Source: an uncultured Roseburia sp.
GTDB taxonomy: Bacteria > Bacillota > Clostridia > Lachnospirales > Lachnospiraceae
Assembly: GCA_947644305.1 (NCBI GenBank)
Contig: CANRYS010000009.1
Location: 88,873-120,872, forward strand
Length of the DNA: 32,000 bases
Direction: 5' to 3'
In this document: positions 8,613-18,778 of the stretch, one piece after another
How positions within the stretch are numbered: position 1 is the first letter of the stretch
Layout of the letters: the number at the start of each line of letters is the position of its first letter
The notes under the pieces: generated by a model
Told to the model about the DNA's origin: nothing
Databases searched by the model: none
What the model saw: the letters and a program-made list of their open reading frames with translations, nothing else
Made by a program: the position numbers and the translations under genes

Positions 8613-10889
8613 TTATTCGCTATAATTATACTCCAGTACCACCACTGACAGCGGCGGCAGATAACACTCGATTTCATACTCTGGTTCCTTAGAAACCGGA
8701 ACTGGAGCTTTTCCACCACCTGACTTGGGCTGTGTTTTCTTTATTTTTGCGGTGACCGGTTTAGCATTGATTCTTCCCTCGCCGCCGTATTTTACATCAT
8801 CTGAATTCAATATCTCCGTAAACTTACCTTTACACGGAGCCTTTACCCTGTACTTCCCGTGCTCCACTGGAGTAAAGTTTAAGATAAACATAAGCTGCTT
8901 TGTCTTTGTCTTTCCTCGGCGCACGAATGCCACCGTACTGGTCTCCGGTCTGGTACAATCCATCCATTCAAATCCCATGACGTCGCTGTCATTATACCAA
9001 AGTGCACCATATTCTTTATACAAATGGTTAAAATCATGAATAAACTGGTGAATCTGCCGATGGGGCGCTTCATCCATAAGATACCAGTCAAGGCTCCTCG
9101 CCTCACTCCACTCCCGCTGCTGAGCAAATTCCTGTCCCATAAACAAAAGCTTTTTGCCCGGATGACCATACATAAAACCAAAGGCAGCCTTCAGCGCTGC
9201 AAACTTGTCCCCTGTCAGTCCCGGCATCTTATTTAGCAGCGAACATTTTCCATGAACCACCTCATCGTGAGACAATACAAGGATATATTTTTCGCTGAGA
9301 TGGTAGGAAAGACTGAAACAGAGCTGGTCGTGATGAAACTGTTTGAAATAAGGATCCAGCTTCATGTATTCCAGAAAATCATTCATCCATCCCATATTCC
9401 ACTTAAAGGAGAAACCAAGTCCTCCCTTTTCTACATCACTCGTCACACCTGGCCATGCCGTAGACTCTTCTGCGATAATATACGCCCCAGGATGATCTTT
9501 ATCCACCACCCTATTCAAATGTCGCAAAAATTCCACTGCCTCATAGTGTTCGTTTCCACCGTCTTTATTTGGCAGCCAGTCGCCGTCCTGTTTTCCATAA
9601 TCCAGGTATAGCATGGACGCCACCGCATCTACACGAAGCCCGTCGATATGGAATTTCTCGATCCAGAACAGGGCGTTTGCCACGAGAAAATTCTGAACCT
9701 CTTTTCTTCCATAATCAAAGATATAGGTCCCCCAGTCGGGATGCTCTCCCCGCCGCCGGTCAGGATGCTCGTACACTGCCTTGCCGTCAAAGTTCCCCAG
9801 ACAATGAGCATCCTTTGGAAAATGTGCCGGCACCCAGTCCAAAATCACTTCTATGCCCCGCCGATGCATCTCATCTACAAAATACATAAAATCCTTTGGG
9901 GTACCATACCTGCTGGTGGGTGCATAGTAACATCCAACCTGATATCCCCAGGAACCGTCGAAAGGGTATTCTGCAATTCCCATCAGCTCCACATGGGTGT
10001 ACTCCATCTCTACCAGATAGTCTCCTAGCATCTGCGCCAGCTCTGGATAAGAATAAAATCCGTTGTCGTCATCTTCAATGCGCTTTTTCCAGGAACCAAG
10101 ATGAACCTCATAAATATTCATGGGGTTCCGCTCCCTGACCTCTCTGGTCTTTTTCTCGTGTTCCTTCATATAGGAAGTATCGTTCCACTCATACCCCTCC
10201 AGAGAAGTAACCACAGAAGCATTTCCTGGACGGAGCTCGGCATAATTACCATAAGGGTCCGTTTTATAGACCAGCTCTCCGCTGCGGGTGGTGATCTGAT
10301 ATTTATATATACCGCCCTCTGCGACACCGGGGATAAACAATTCATAAACCCCCGTCGGTCCCAGCAACCTCATGGTGTGAAGCCGTCCATCCCACATATT
10401 GAAGCTTCCCACCACACTCACACTTCTGGCATCCGGCGCCCACACAGCAAATCTTGTCCCTTTGACACCATTGATGGTCTCAACATGAGCACCAAATTTC
10501 TCATAGATCTTATAATTTTTTCCCTCTCCAAAGATATAACAGTCAAAATCCGTTATAACCGGTGAAAAATTATAGGGATCTGCGGTCTCCACCACATCGT
10601 TCTCCCCATACTGGATCCTCACTCGGTAATCTTTCAATTGCTTTGTCTTTGCCGTGATCTCCAGACCGAAGAGCCCCAGCTCACTATCCAGCTCTTCCAT
10701 CTCACCAGCTTCGTCACCCTCTACATTGGTGATCCATATTCTCTGCGCCTTCGGACGTCTCACGATGAATAACTGAATCCCATCATAATAATGCATACCC
10801 AGGAGATCCTGGGGTGCATTCAGCACCCCTTCTTCCATCTCCTCCAGCAAAGCAGGGTTCATCCATGCCTTTAATGTCTTATTTGTCAT
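8613..10889 (-). CDS. glgB: 1,4-alpha-glucan branching enzyme
   Basis: A 758-aa ORF with a typical GlgB N-terminal CBM48/E-set region (RFAVWAPDARSVSVVGSFNMWDG). GH13 catalytic blocks are present: DWVPAHFPKD, GLRVDAVASMLY, IAEESTAWPGV and LSHDEVVHGK. Confidence 0.95.
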   Translation of the reverse strand: MTNKTLKAWMNPALLEEMEEGVLNAPQDLLGMHYYDGIQLFIVRRPKAQRIWITNVEGDEAGEMEELDSELGLFGLEITAKTKQLKDYRVRIQYGENDVVETADPYNFSPVITDFDCYIFGEGKNYKIYEKFGAHVETINGVKGTRFAVWAPDARSVSVVGSFNMWDGRLHTMRLLGPTGVYELFIPGVAEGGIYKYQITTRSGELVYKTDPYGNYAELRPGNASVVTSLEGYEWNDTSYMKEHEKKTREVRERNPMNIYEVHLGSWKKRIEDDDNGFYSYPELAQMLGDYLVEMEYTHVELMGIAEYPFDGSWGYQVGCYYAPTSRYGTPKDFMYFVDEMHRRGIEVILDWVPAHFPKDAHCLGNFDGKAVYEHPDRRRGEHPDWGTYIFDYGRKEVQNFLVANALFWIEKFHIDGLRVDAVASMLYLDYGKQDGDWLPNKDGGNEHYEAVEFLRHLNRVVDKDHPGAYIIAEESTAWPGVTSDVEKGGLGFSFKWNMGWMNDFLEYMKLDPYFKQFHHDQLCFSLSYHLSEKYILVLSHDEVVHGKCSLLNKMPGLTGDKFAALKAAFGFMYGHPGKKLLFMGQEFAQQREWSEARSLDWYLMDEAPHRQIHQFIHDFNHLYKEYGALWYNDSDVMGFEWMDCTRPETSTVAFVRRGKTKTKQLMFILNFTPVEHGKYRVKAPCKGKFTEILNSDDVKYGGEGRINAKPVTAKIKKTQPKSGGGKAPVPVSKEPEYEIECYLPPLSVVVLEYNYSE

Positions 10890-10910
10890 ATTCGCGCCCC
10901 TTATCTCTAT

Positions 10911-12638
10911 TTACATCAGTGTCTCCTTTACAATCTCAGCGAGTCCAGCAGATTTTTCATCAGCATCTGCCATACTTGTTCCCACTACCCCAAAATAAAT
11001 CTTAATTTTCGGTTCTGTTCCCGATGGGCGGATACAGATCCACGCATCCGAAGTAAGTTCAAAATACAATACATTTGACTTCGGAAGTCCCGTAGCAGTA
11101 ACTTCTCCGGTGCTGAGATTTTTCACCGTGTCCTTCTCATAATCTCTCACTGCCAGTACCTCATAATCCCCAAAGCGTACTGGAGGATCATTGCGCAGTC
11201 CCTCCATGATGGAGCGGATCTTCTCTAATCCCTCAATTCCTTTGTGGGTGATGGCAATCACATCATCTTTATAATAGCCATATTTATCATACATATCGAT
11301 CATGGCATCCCAGATGGTCTTTCCCCGTTTTTTATAGTAAGCCGCCGCCTCACACAATGCCATCGATGCCACGATAGCATCCTTATCCCTGGCATGGGTA
11401 CCGATCAGACAACCATAGCTCTCCTCTAATCCAAACAGATAACTTCCCTTGCCGGTGAGCTCTGTCTTTAAGATCTCTTTTCCAATCCACTTAAAGCCGG
11501 TGAGGCATTCCTTCACATCAATGTTATAAAACCCGGCAATGGCATCTACCAAATTCGTCGTAACAATCGTTTTTACAAGCATTCCATCACTGGGAAGCGC
11601 TCCCTCCAGTGCCAGTTTCTGGCCAATCTCATAATCTGCGAGAAATGCCCCAGACATATTTCCAGTGAGACAGATGTATTCTCCCGATTTGGTATCCTTT
11701 ACATACACTCCGAGCCGATCGGCATCCGGATCTGTGGCAAGTACCAGATCAGCATCCTTTTCTTTGGCCAGCTTCAGTGCGAGTTCAAAAGCCTCCTTTG
11801 CTTCGGGATTCGGATAGCTCACTGTCGGGAATTCGCCATCTGGAAGTTCTTGTTCCGGTACTACATATACATTAGTAAATCCAAGCTCTTTTAATATTCT
11901 GCGGACCGGAAGATTTCCTGTACCGTGAAGCGGTGTGTAGACGATACGAAGATCCTTTTCAACCTCTTTGATGCATTTAGGATGAAGCACATTTTTCTTA
12001 AGCTCTTCCATATATCGGTCATCCACATCGGCACCGATGGTCACATACAAACCAGCTTTCACCGCTTCCTCTTTATCCATGGTCTTCACAGTAGCATAAT
12101 CCGTCACTGCCTTTACCTCATCCATAATACCGGTATCATGCGGCGGTGTGATCTGGGCACCGTCCTCCCAGTACACCTTGTAACCATTGTATTCTGGGGG
12201 ATTATGGCTGGCTGTGATGTTTATTCCAGATATACAGCCCAGCTCCCGTACTGCAAAAGACAGCTCCGGCGTCGGACGCAGGCTCTCAAATACATAAGCT
12301 TTAATGCCATTCGCCGCCAGACAGCATGCCGCTTCATCTGCAAATTCCGGTGACATACGCCTGGAATCAAAAGCGATCGCCACTCCTCTGTCCTGTCCCT
12401 TCTGGCTGATTATGTAATTTGCCAGTCCCTGGGTTGCTTTTCTGACCGTATAGATATTCATTCGGTTTGTACCTGCCCCGATAACACCTCGCAGACCGGC
12501 TGTCCCGAACTCAAGATCCGCATAAAAACGTTCTTTGATCTCAGCTTCATTTCCCTCGATCCCTTGTAATTCTTTCTTGGTCTCCTCATCAAAATAAGGA
12601 TTGTCAATCCACTCCTTGTAAGTTTCCATGTAACCCAT
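10911..12638 (-). CDS. pgcA: alpha-phosphoglucomutase / phospho-sugar mutase (PgcA type)
   Basis: Active-site loop TASHNPPEYNGYK. DLEFGTAGLRG, DPDADRL and GEESYG blocks are present. ATG 12638 (MGYMETYKEW) is preferred, 8 nt after AAGGAGG. The track ORF starts at GTG 12659. Confidence 0.9.
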   Translation of the reverse strand: MGYMETYKEWIDNPYFDEETKKELQGIEGNEAEIKERFYADLEFGTAGLRGVIGAGTNRMNIYTVRKATQGLANYIISQKGQDRGVAIAFDSRRMSPEFADEAACCLAANGIKAYVFESLRPTPELSFAVRELGCISGINITASHNPPEYNGYKVYWEDGAQITPPHDTGIMDEVKAVTDYATVKTMDKEEAVKAGLYVTIGADVDDRYMEELKKNVLHPKCIKEVEKDLRIVYTPLHGTGNLPVRRILKELGFTNVYVVPEQELPDGEFPTVSYPNPEAKEAFELALKLAKEKDADLVLATDPDADRLGVYVKDTKSGEYICLTGNMSGAFLADYEIGQKLALEGALPSDGMLVKTIVTTNLVDAIAGFYNIDVKECLTGFKWIGKEILKTELTGKGSYLFGLEESYGCLIGTHARDKDAIVASMALCEAAAYYKKRGKTIWDAMIDMYDKYGYYKDDVIAITHKGIEGLEKIRSIMEGLRNDPPVRFGDYEVLAVRDYEKDTVKNLSTGEVTATGLPKSNVLYFELTSDAWICIRPSGTEPKIKIYFGVVGTSMADADEKSAGLAEIVKETLM

Positions 12639-12670
12639 AGTCATATCCTCCTTTTTCACCTTTATTTCAT

Positions 12671-12698
12671 AATCCTGCCATCCATCGATGGCAGGATT
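12671..12698 (-). terminator. perfect 12-bp hairpin between the PEGA gene and pgcA
   Basis: AATCCTGCCATC-CATC-GATGGCAGGATT. It lies 40 nt after the 12739 stop. There is no clear U-tract on either strand, so terminator function is uncertain. Confidence 0.3.
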
Positions 12699-12738
12699 TA
12701 AATATCACTGCCGTATTCTATAAAAAATTACCATCTCA

Positions 12739-14046
12739 TTAACCCACCGCCGTACTCACTAGATCGGGAAAACTCCATTCCACATCCTTGCTGTCATCCA
12801 TCGTGGTAACTGTATAACTTTTCGTCACAAAACCATCCTTTGATAAAGTGATCGTCACGGTGCCGATCTTCTTCGCAAAACTGCAGGGCGCCTTTCCTTT
12901 ATAGATGCCATCCATATACACACTGGCACCTACAGGGGTACTTACTTTAATCTCATGAAGATTGTCGTACTTGTCCGAATCTTGTGAATCCTGGGATGAG
13001 CCCTCTTTGGAAACACTGGTGTCTTTTGAATCACCCTTGACCTCCGCCTCTTCATCTGCCAGATTGATCTGTACTGTAGGATTTGCCGACTGCACATCCA
13101 GCACTCCCGTATAGGTAGTATATCCATCCAAAACAACCTTTATCGAATGTTTTCCATATTTTAGAGATACTGGTTTGGAATAATCTGCGGGAGATCCATT
13201 CACATATAACTCTGCCCCCTCTGGATTGATATCAAAGACAACCTGTCCCTTGTTTTTTTCCACACTCTTAAATAGTGACATATCCAGCACCAGTTGCTTG
13301 TCTCTCTCGATCTTTACCGACCGACCGCCGGTAAAATCTCCATTCTTCATAGTCACCTCATAAGTCCCTTCCGGTACCGGCACCAGCATATTTTCTGTGA
13401 CTGGTAAGATCATCATGCCGCCTACCGTCATAGTTCCACCGATAAAATCCTTGTACTTGTCAGGCTTGATATATCCGTGTCCCCTGGTGACCACCAGCGA
13501 ATACGCTTTTCCCTTCACTCCGCGAAAGGTAACCTCATCCGTGGGCGCGATCTCCTGGATATCGATGATCTCTCCCTCTGAAAAGACAGAAAAGCCGCTT
13601 CCATAACGATAGCGCACATCATTTAACTCGATATATTTCTCATCCGCATTTACCAGCAGTTTTTTGGCATTCTCAAACTGTAGAATATCTGAAGACAACT
13701 GTATCCTTGTCACCCGTTTCGTCGTCTCAGAAAGATATACATCGACGACCTGGCCTGCCTCCAGAGATTCTACAGATATTTGTTTTTCATTTGGGGTCAA
13801 TATCTCCGTCCCACCGCTAAAATCACAGATCCGCTCTTCCTCTGTCCCTGTGTTGTAAAACGTGATCTTCTTCCCCGCCGTATCCACCTTTTTGACTACT
13901 CCCACAAAATCTTTTCCCTTTTCGTAGGTTACAGCGGCATTTGGATTCTGCTGCTGCACATGCTGTCCTTTGGTTTTTCCACATCCTGGCACCAGAAGGC
14001 ATACTGCCAGAACCAACGCCATCATTCGGAACATTCTGTCTCTCAT
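12739..14046 (-). CDS. PEGA-domain lipoprotein
   Basis: Lipobox LLVPGC. The literal PEGA motif occurs in DINPEGAELYVNG...KYGKHSIKVVLDGY. A second PEGA-like repeat is VGASVYMDGIYKGKAP...ITLSKDGF. GGGAGA RBS upstream. Confidence 0.75.
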   Translation of the reverse strand: MRDRMFRMMALVLAVCLLVPGCGKTKGQHVQQQNPNAAVTYEKGKDFVGVVKKVDTAGKKITFYNTGTEEERICDFSGGTEILTPNEKQISVESLEAGQVVDVYLSETTKRVTRIQLSSDILQFENAKKLLVNADEKYIELNDVRYRYGSGFSVFSEGEIIDIQEIAPTDEVTFRGVKGKAYSLVVTRGHGYIKPDKYKDFIGGTMTVGGMMILPVTENMLVPVPEGTYEVTMKNGDFTGGRSVKIERDKQLVLDMSLFKSVEKNKGQVVFDINPEGAELYVNGSPADYSKPVSLKYGKHSIKVVLDGYTTYTGVLDVQSANPTVQINLADEEAEVKGDSKDTSVSKEGSSQDSQDSDKYDNLHEIKVSTPVGASVYMDGIYKGKAPCSFAKKIGTVTITLSKDGFVTKSYTVTTMDDSKDVEWSFPDLVSTAVG

Positions 14047-14142
14047 GCTGTTTTTCTCCCATCGTTCCTTACTTATAACGGCCGTATCCTAGGACCGTTA
14101 TTATTTGATATATAGTATAACATGCAAGTGCTAAAACTTCCA

Positions 14143-15141
14143 CTATTTTAGCTTTAAACGAAGAAAATTTTCCCTATTTTTTTCCAAACTTCTTACATCC
14201 TTTAGTTTTTCCAGACTTTTTGCAGAAAGCCATGATTTCTTTTTGTTATAATAATGATTCATAAGCTTCCAATATTTTTCTGGATACAGCAGTACAATGT
14301 ATACAAATTCCAATTGTTCCTCCGTCAGAGGATTTTCCTTTTGATAGCCTTTGAGCACCGCTTCCCCGGCCTCCCGACGCCATCCATTTTTTTCTAATGT
14401 TTTTCTCATAAAGTAAGTCAGATCCAAAAGCTGAATTCCAGTTCCAGATTTCTCGAAACCAGTGGTGGCCACCCCGGAGCGGGTCATAACCAGATTGTGA
14501 TAGTTATAGTCCCCATGGCATACCTCTCCGCCGCCTTCCTGTATTTGTTTGTAAAATGCACAATCCTCCAGGCGCTCCGCCGCCTCACATGCCTTCTCAT
14601 AATAGTCTTTAAAGCAGTTGATGGCGTATATCTCAAATTCATTTTTACGCTTTTTATTTTTCAGATAACCGTTTACCCGTTTCAGCTCACGATTATGCTT
14701 CTGAAACTGATCCAAAAGCTCCCAGCGCTCTTCCTGCTGGTCCGTCTCCTCCCGCGGCTCTTCCTGGTTTCTGCGATAATCCAAAAGTATTTTGTGCAGC
14801 TTTCCCAGATTTTCACCCGCCGCCATCAGACAGTTTATTTCTTTCAGATTGCATTCATCCCCAGCAAACCATTGATAGAGGACATATTTCTCTCCAGATT
14901 CAAGTTCCGTCACTAGCATTCCCTCACGGTTTGCAATTACCTGGTCCACCTGGGCAAATCCCCGCTGGACTAGAAAATCTTTTATTTCATTTTCTACAGC
15001 AAAATGACCACTGATCGTCTCATATTCTCTCAAAAGTTTCAGCCCTGTATTCGTCTCCAGCATCCACCCTCCACGGGAACGGTACCTTTTTCGTACCGCC
15101 AGATCGTAGGCTGCGATTGCAGATTCCTGTCTATCCTCCAC
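14143..15141 (-). CDS. CotS-family spore-coat-protein-like kinase fold (APH/choline-kinase superfamily)
   Basis: Catalytic-loop motif CHGDYNYHNL, typical of CotS/YtaA-like proteins. The start was placed at GTG 15141, 5 nt after GGAGGGG (15147-15153, minus strand). In-frame ATGs at 15168 and 15249 lack an RBS, so the start is uncertain. Confidence 0.7.
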   Translation of the reverse strand: MEDRQESAIAAYDLAVRKRYRSRGGWMLETNTGLKLLREYETISGHFAVENEIKDFLVQRGFAQVDQVIANREGMLVTELESGEKYVLYQWFAGDECNLKEINCLMAAGENLGKLHKILLDYRRNQEEPREETDQQEERWELLDQFQKHNRELKRVNGYLKNKKRKNEFEIYAINCFKDYYEKACEAAERLEDCAFYKQIQEGGGEVCHGDYNYHNLVMTRSGVATTGFEKSGTGIQLLDLTYFMRKTLEKNGWRREAGEAVLKGYQKENPLTEEQLEFVYIVLLYPEKYWKLMNHYYNKKKSWLSAKSLEKLKDVRSLEKNRENFLRLKLK

Positions 15142-15280
15142 TGATACCCCTCCTTTATGCTTTATCATTCTATGAAGGAGAAAGTGGATGTATGCCTGGA
15201 CACATACGAAATTTTGGGAAATCCGACCATTTTTAGTTAGCCAGGCCACGCTGCCATTTCAGCCAGACAACGTCACCAGG

Positions 15281-16300
15281 TTATCTGGAATTCGTTATAC
15301 TGGTTTCCGCTGTAGTCTTCAAGATCGTGAGGCCGATGGGCCCAAGCAAAATCCCCCCGATACCGAATAATTTGATCCCCACATAGACGGATATCAGCAT
15401 ATATAAAGGCTTTAATCCCAGTTCCTTTCCCATCAGGCGAGGTTCCATTATCTCACGGATCAACATGGTGATCACATAAAGTGTCAGAAGCACTGCTCCC
15501 TGATAATAGTCTCTCTCCACCAACTGGAACACGGCCCAGGGCACGAAAATACTTCCACTTCCCAACACCGGAAAAGCATCCACCACCCCGATCACGATAC
15601 CAAACAGAATCGCATAATTGCTTCCCATAATATACAGCCCCAGCGCACTCACTGTCGCCACGATAAAAATGATAATACCCTGAGCTTTGAGATAAGCAAA
15701 ACCCGTCTCTTTCAACCGGCGGATATAGGGCATAAGGCTGCGGTAGCGCAGTACATTGTCCCGGTCAAAGGAAATCAACAAAGTTGCCATGATAAATACA
15801 ACAAATCCCGCGCCCCACTCTCCCAGCGTCACCAACATTCCAGGAATATAACCTGTAAGTTTTGGAATATAGGTGGAAGATATCTGCGCATCCATATTAG
15901 AAATACAGCCTTCCACCCAGGCATAGGATTCTCCTGCACCCAGACCCAGAAGATTATCCATACCGGTGCAGGCCCTCCGACAAATCTGCATACAGCCTCC
16001 CATATGGGCAGGGGCATGCCTTAACATCTCTGTCAGTTGGCCGATGCAGATATATCCGATATAGAAAAGAAAACATCCTGCTGCCCCTAACATCAGGACC
16101 ACGATCAGCACCGTGCACACTTTTTCATTGATATGGCTGAATCTATGTAGCTTTTCAACCACCGGACGAATGGCTCTGGCAAATACAAAAGCAAATACAA
16201 AGGGAACCACCAGAGGGAGCAGATAATAAAAGCTGATATATACTACTCCGGCAGTTCCCAGAATGATTAGAAGGTTTCTCCATCTTCCGTTATATCTCAT
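15281..16300 (-). CDS. ytvI: AI-2E family transporter, YtvI-like sporulation integral membrane protein
   Basis: Polytopic membrane protein with the AI-2E C-terminal pattern (GIGGILLGPIGLTILK). MRYNGRWRNLLIILG... at ATG 16300 is preferred over the track start at 16378. Confidence 0.65.
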   Translation of the reverse strand: MRYNGRWRNLLIILGTAGVVYISFYYLLPLVVPFVFAFVFARAIRPVVEKLHRFSHINEKVCTVLIVVLMLGAAGCFLFYIGYICIGQLTEMLRHAPAHMGGCMQICRRACTGMDNLLGLGAGESYAWVEGCISNMDAQISSTYIPKLTGYIPGMLVTLGEWGAGFVVFIMATLLISFDRDNVLRYRSLMPYIRRLKETGFAYLKAQGIIIFIVATVSALGLYIMGSNYAILFGIVIGVVDAFPVLGSGSIFVPWAVFQLVERDYYQGAVLLTLYVITMLIREIMEPRLMGKELGLKPLYMLISVYVGIKLFGIGGILLGPIGLTILKTTAETSITNSR

Positions 16301-16391
16301 GTGTTTATCCCCTTTCACAATACCATTTGTACATAAGACCCGGCTAAAAACTGCAAGCCTCCATAATAGTATTGTCAAAAAGGGCTGAATA

Positions 16392-17093
16392 TTATTCCTT
16401 TACAATAAAACGATATCCCACTGCCCAGACAGTCTCGATATACTGTGGGTTCTGGGTATCCTTTTCAATCTTCTCCCGAATTTTTTTTATGTGCACTGTC
16501 ACCGTGGCGATGTCCGCGCCAACCGGGCTGAGTTCCCACACCTCTTCAAGAAGTTCTTCTTTGGAAAAAACATGATTCGGATTCTTTGCCAGGAAAAACA
16601 AAAGGTCAAATTCCTTTGTGGTCAGAGATTTTTCCACGCCATCCACATAAACCCTTCTGGCCGTTCGGTCGATCTTAAGGCCGCCCGTCGTAATCACCTC
16701 ATTTTCCACCTTAACGGCAGTTCCCACTAATTTATTGTAGCGCTCCAGATGAGCCTTCACCCTCGCCACCAGCTCACTCGGGCTAAAAGGTTTTGTCATA
16801 TAATCGTTTGCCCCAAGTCCAAGTCCTCGGATCTTATCAATATCCTCTTTTTTTGCAGAAACCATAATGACTGGGATCTCTGTAAAATCTCGAAGCTTGC
16901 GGCAGATTTCAAAGCCATCCATATTTGGCAGCATAAGATCCAGGATAATCAAATTGAAATTCCCGTCTTTCGCCAGCTCATATCCCCGTTTTCCATCTGT
17001 CTCAATAACAACTTCAAAACCACTTAACTCAAGATAATCCTTTTCCAGCTCCGCAATAGGCAGCTCATCTTCTACGATCAATATCTTCTTCAT
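16392..17093 (-). CDS. OmpR/PhoB-family response regulator
   Basis: Receiver domain (MKKILIVEDE...LIILDLMLP...KPF) plus a winged-helix C-terminus (LTTKEFDLLFFLAKNP...VWAVGYRF). ATG 17093 lies 5 nt after GGAGG. Confidence 0.92.
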   Translation of the reverse strand: MKKILIVEDELPIAELEKDYLELSGFEVVIETDGKRGYELAKDGNFNLIILDLMLPNMDGFEICRKLRDFTEIPVIMVSAKKEDIDKIRGLGLGANDYMTKPFSPSELVARVKAHLERYNKLVGTAVKVENEVITTGGLKIDRTARRVYVDGVEKSLTTKEFDLLFFLAKNPNHVFSKEELLEEVWELSPVGADIATVTVHIKKIREKIEKDTQNPQYIETVWAVGYRFIVKE

Positions 17094-17113
17094 TATATCC
17101 TCCATTCTGTCTG

Positions 17114-18631
17114 CTATTCCTCAACTTGGGAATGGTATATGGGAATGGTGAAATATATCGCTGTTCCTTGATCCAGCTCACTCTCTGCCCATATTTCTCC
17201 ACCATGTTCGTCTACAATCTTCTTTGCAATGGCAAGTCCAAGACCACTTCCACCCGTTCGTGAATTCCTGGAACTGTCAGTCCGGTAAAACCGGTCAAAT
17301 ATATAGGGAAGCTCTTCTTTCGCAATTCCTTTTCCATTATCCCTGATCATTACATTGATCCAACCCCCTTCATCCGTGATGCGAATCAAAATAATACCCT
17401 GGGTGCGATTTATATATTTTACTGCATTCCCCACAATATTTGCGATCACCCTCTTTATCTTATCCGTATCAAGCACGATCCGGGTGTCCTCATCCACATA
17501 ACACTGATACAGCAGCTGAATCTCCCTAGTCTCAAGATCCAATACCATATCACTGATACACTCACCAAAATAGCGATTGACTTTAACCTCTGAAAAACGA
17601 AACGTTTCTTTCTTTTGATAAATCTTTGTAAAATAAGAAAGTTCATCCACAAGACCTGCCATATCAGAGGCTTTTGAATGTATCGTCCTGACATATCGTT
17701 CAACCCGGTCCGGTGTCGACGCCACTCCATCCAGAATTCCCTCTGCGTAGCCTTTGATCGCAGTCAATGGCGTCTTTAAATCATGGGAAATGTTTCCAAT
17801 CACTTCCTTAGTCAACGCATCCGCTTTCTTTCTCTCTTCAATCGATTCCTTCAGGACCCGCCTCATCCCATCAAAGTCCTTGAACAATTCTGTAAACTCG
17901 TTGGTTTCCGTGGTCTGAATCTTATAATCCATCTCCCCGTTGGCGATGCGGATAACTGCTGCCTGTAATTTTCGGATGGGAATAACAATATTATAATAAG
18001 CATAACCGATAATTGCAATAATTACAAGTATAGAAATAATTACAACCATACAGATTAAGCCTACTGTAAAAATAGTAATATGAGGTAAATTTATATTCAG
18101 GTCAGTAACAATACATACGCTACCTATGCGCCCATCCGGGAGATAGAGTCCAAGTTTTTTTAAAAGAAAACGTTGAGAACCAGCATCTAAATATTGGGCA
18201 TTATTTCCATAAACGTTATTTCTTCCCATAAGAATACCCATGCCTGTTTGGTCATAGTACTGTTCGTTACCAAAATAAGTGAATTCCCCATCCAAAACGA
18301 CAGCAAGGAAAGAGTATTTATTTTTCAACATCTCATTTTCTTTTTTTAAAAATTCTTCGTCAAGAAAAACTGTTGGATTTCTAAGCGCGGTATCTTGCAA
18401 CTCTAAAAAATCATATTTGGTGTAAGAATTCAATAACAATACTTTATCAAAGATTGTATAGGGAGAGTCAATCTTTTCAGAATCAATATGATAAGTAGCT
18501 TTTATGCCCTGAAGCTCACCGTACACAAAAAGGATCACCATTAAGATCATAGCAGCAATGGGAGCCACTGCTATCAAAACAAACATATTTCTGCTTTTCC
18601 GCAGTCTTAACGCCACAGAACTTTTCTTCAT
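17114..18631 (-). CDS. sensor histidine kinase (two TM segments, extracytoplasmic domain, HAMP, HisKA, HATPase_c)
   Basis: H-box ISHDLKTPLTAIKGY, N-box GNAVKY, G-box GSGLGLAIAKKIV. ATG 18631 (MKKSSVAL...) is preferred because GAGGAAGG lies just upstream. The track start at 18643 has no RBS. Confidence 0.9.
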   Translation of the reverse strand: MKKSSVALRLRKSRNMFVLIAVAPIAAMILMVILFVYGELQGIKATYHIDSEKIDSPYTIFDKVLLLNSYTKYDFLELQDTALRNPTVFLDEEFLKKENEMLKNKYSFLAVVLDGEFTYFGNEQYYDQTGMGILMGRNNVYGNNAQYLDAGSQRFLLKKLGLYLPDGRIGSVCIVTDLNINLPHITIFTVGLICMVVIISILVIIAIIGYAYYNIVIPIRKLQAAVIRIANGEMDYKIQTTETNEFTELFKDFDGMRRVLKESIEERKKADALTKEVIGNISHDLKTPLTAIKGYAEGILDGVASTPDRVERYVRTIHSKASDMAGLVDELSYFTKIYQKKETFRFSEVKVNRYFGECISDMVLDLETREIQLLYQCYVDEDTRIVLDTDKIKRVIANIVGNAVKYINRTQGIILIRITDEGGWINVMIRDNGKGIAKEELPYIFDRFYRTDSSRNSRTGGSGLGLAIAKKIVDEHGGEIWAESELDQGTAIYFTIPIYHSQVEE

Positions 18632-18778
18632 GTCCTTCCTCATTTCTGCATTCTTATATCATTTTAACATTATTTTTGTGCACGCTATTTGCACATTTAA
18701 GTTCGTTAAAACTTATTTTAACACAATTTTATATTTATTTCGATCTTTTTTTAAAAATCAGGAAATACGGGACTTTCC

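Noticed and set aside
8525-8719. The 65-codon N-terminal extension of the thyX ORF (track ORF 7877..8719), which overlaps the glgB 3' end by about 100 nt.
   Set aside because: The extension peptide (MVEKLQFRFLRNQS...CRRCQWWYW...) has no ThyX similarity. ATG 8524 has a strong AGGAGG RBS and gives a normal 216-aa ThyX. The overlap is a by-product of an open frame.
15169-15280. A sporulation sigma-factor promoter upstream of the CotS-like gene (CATACATC resembles a sigma-E -10; CATAGAATG resembles sigma-K).
   Set aside because: The matches are short and partial, without a convincing -35 at the correct spacing. The idea is plausible from gene function but not supportable from sequence alone.
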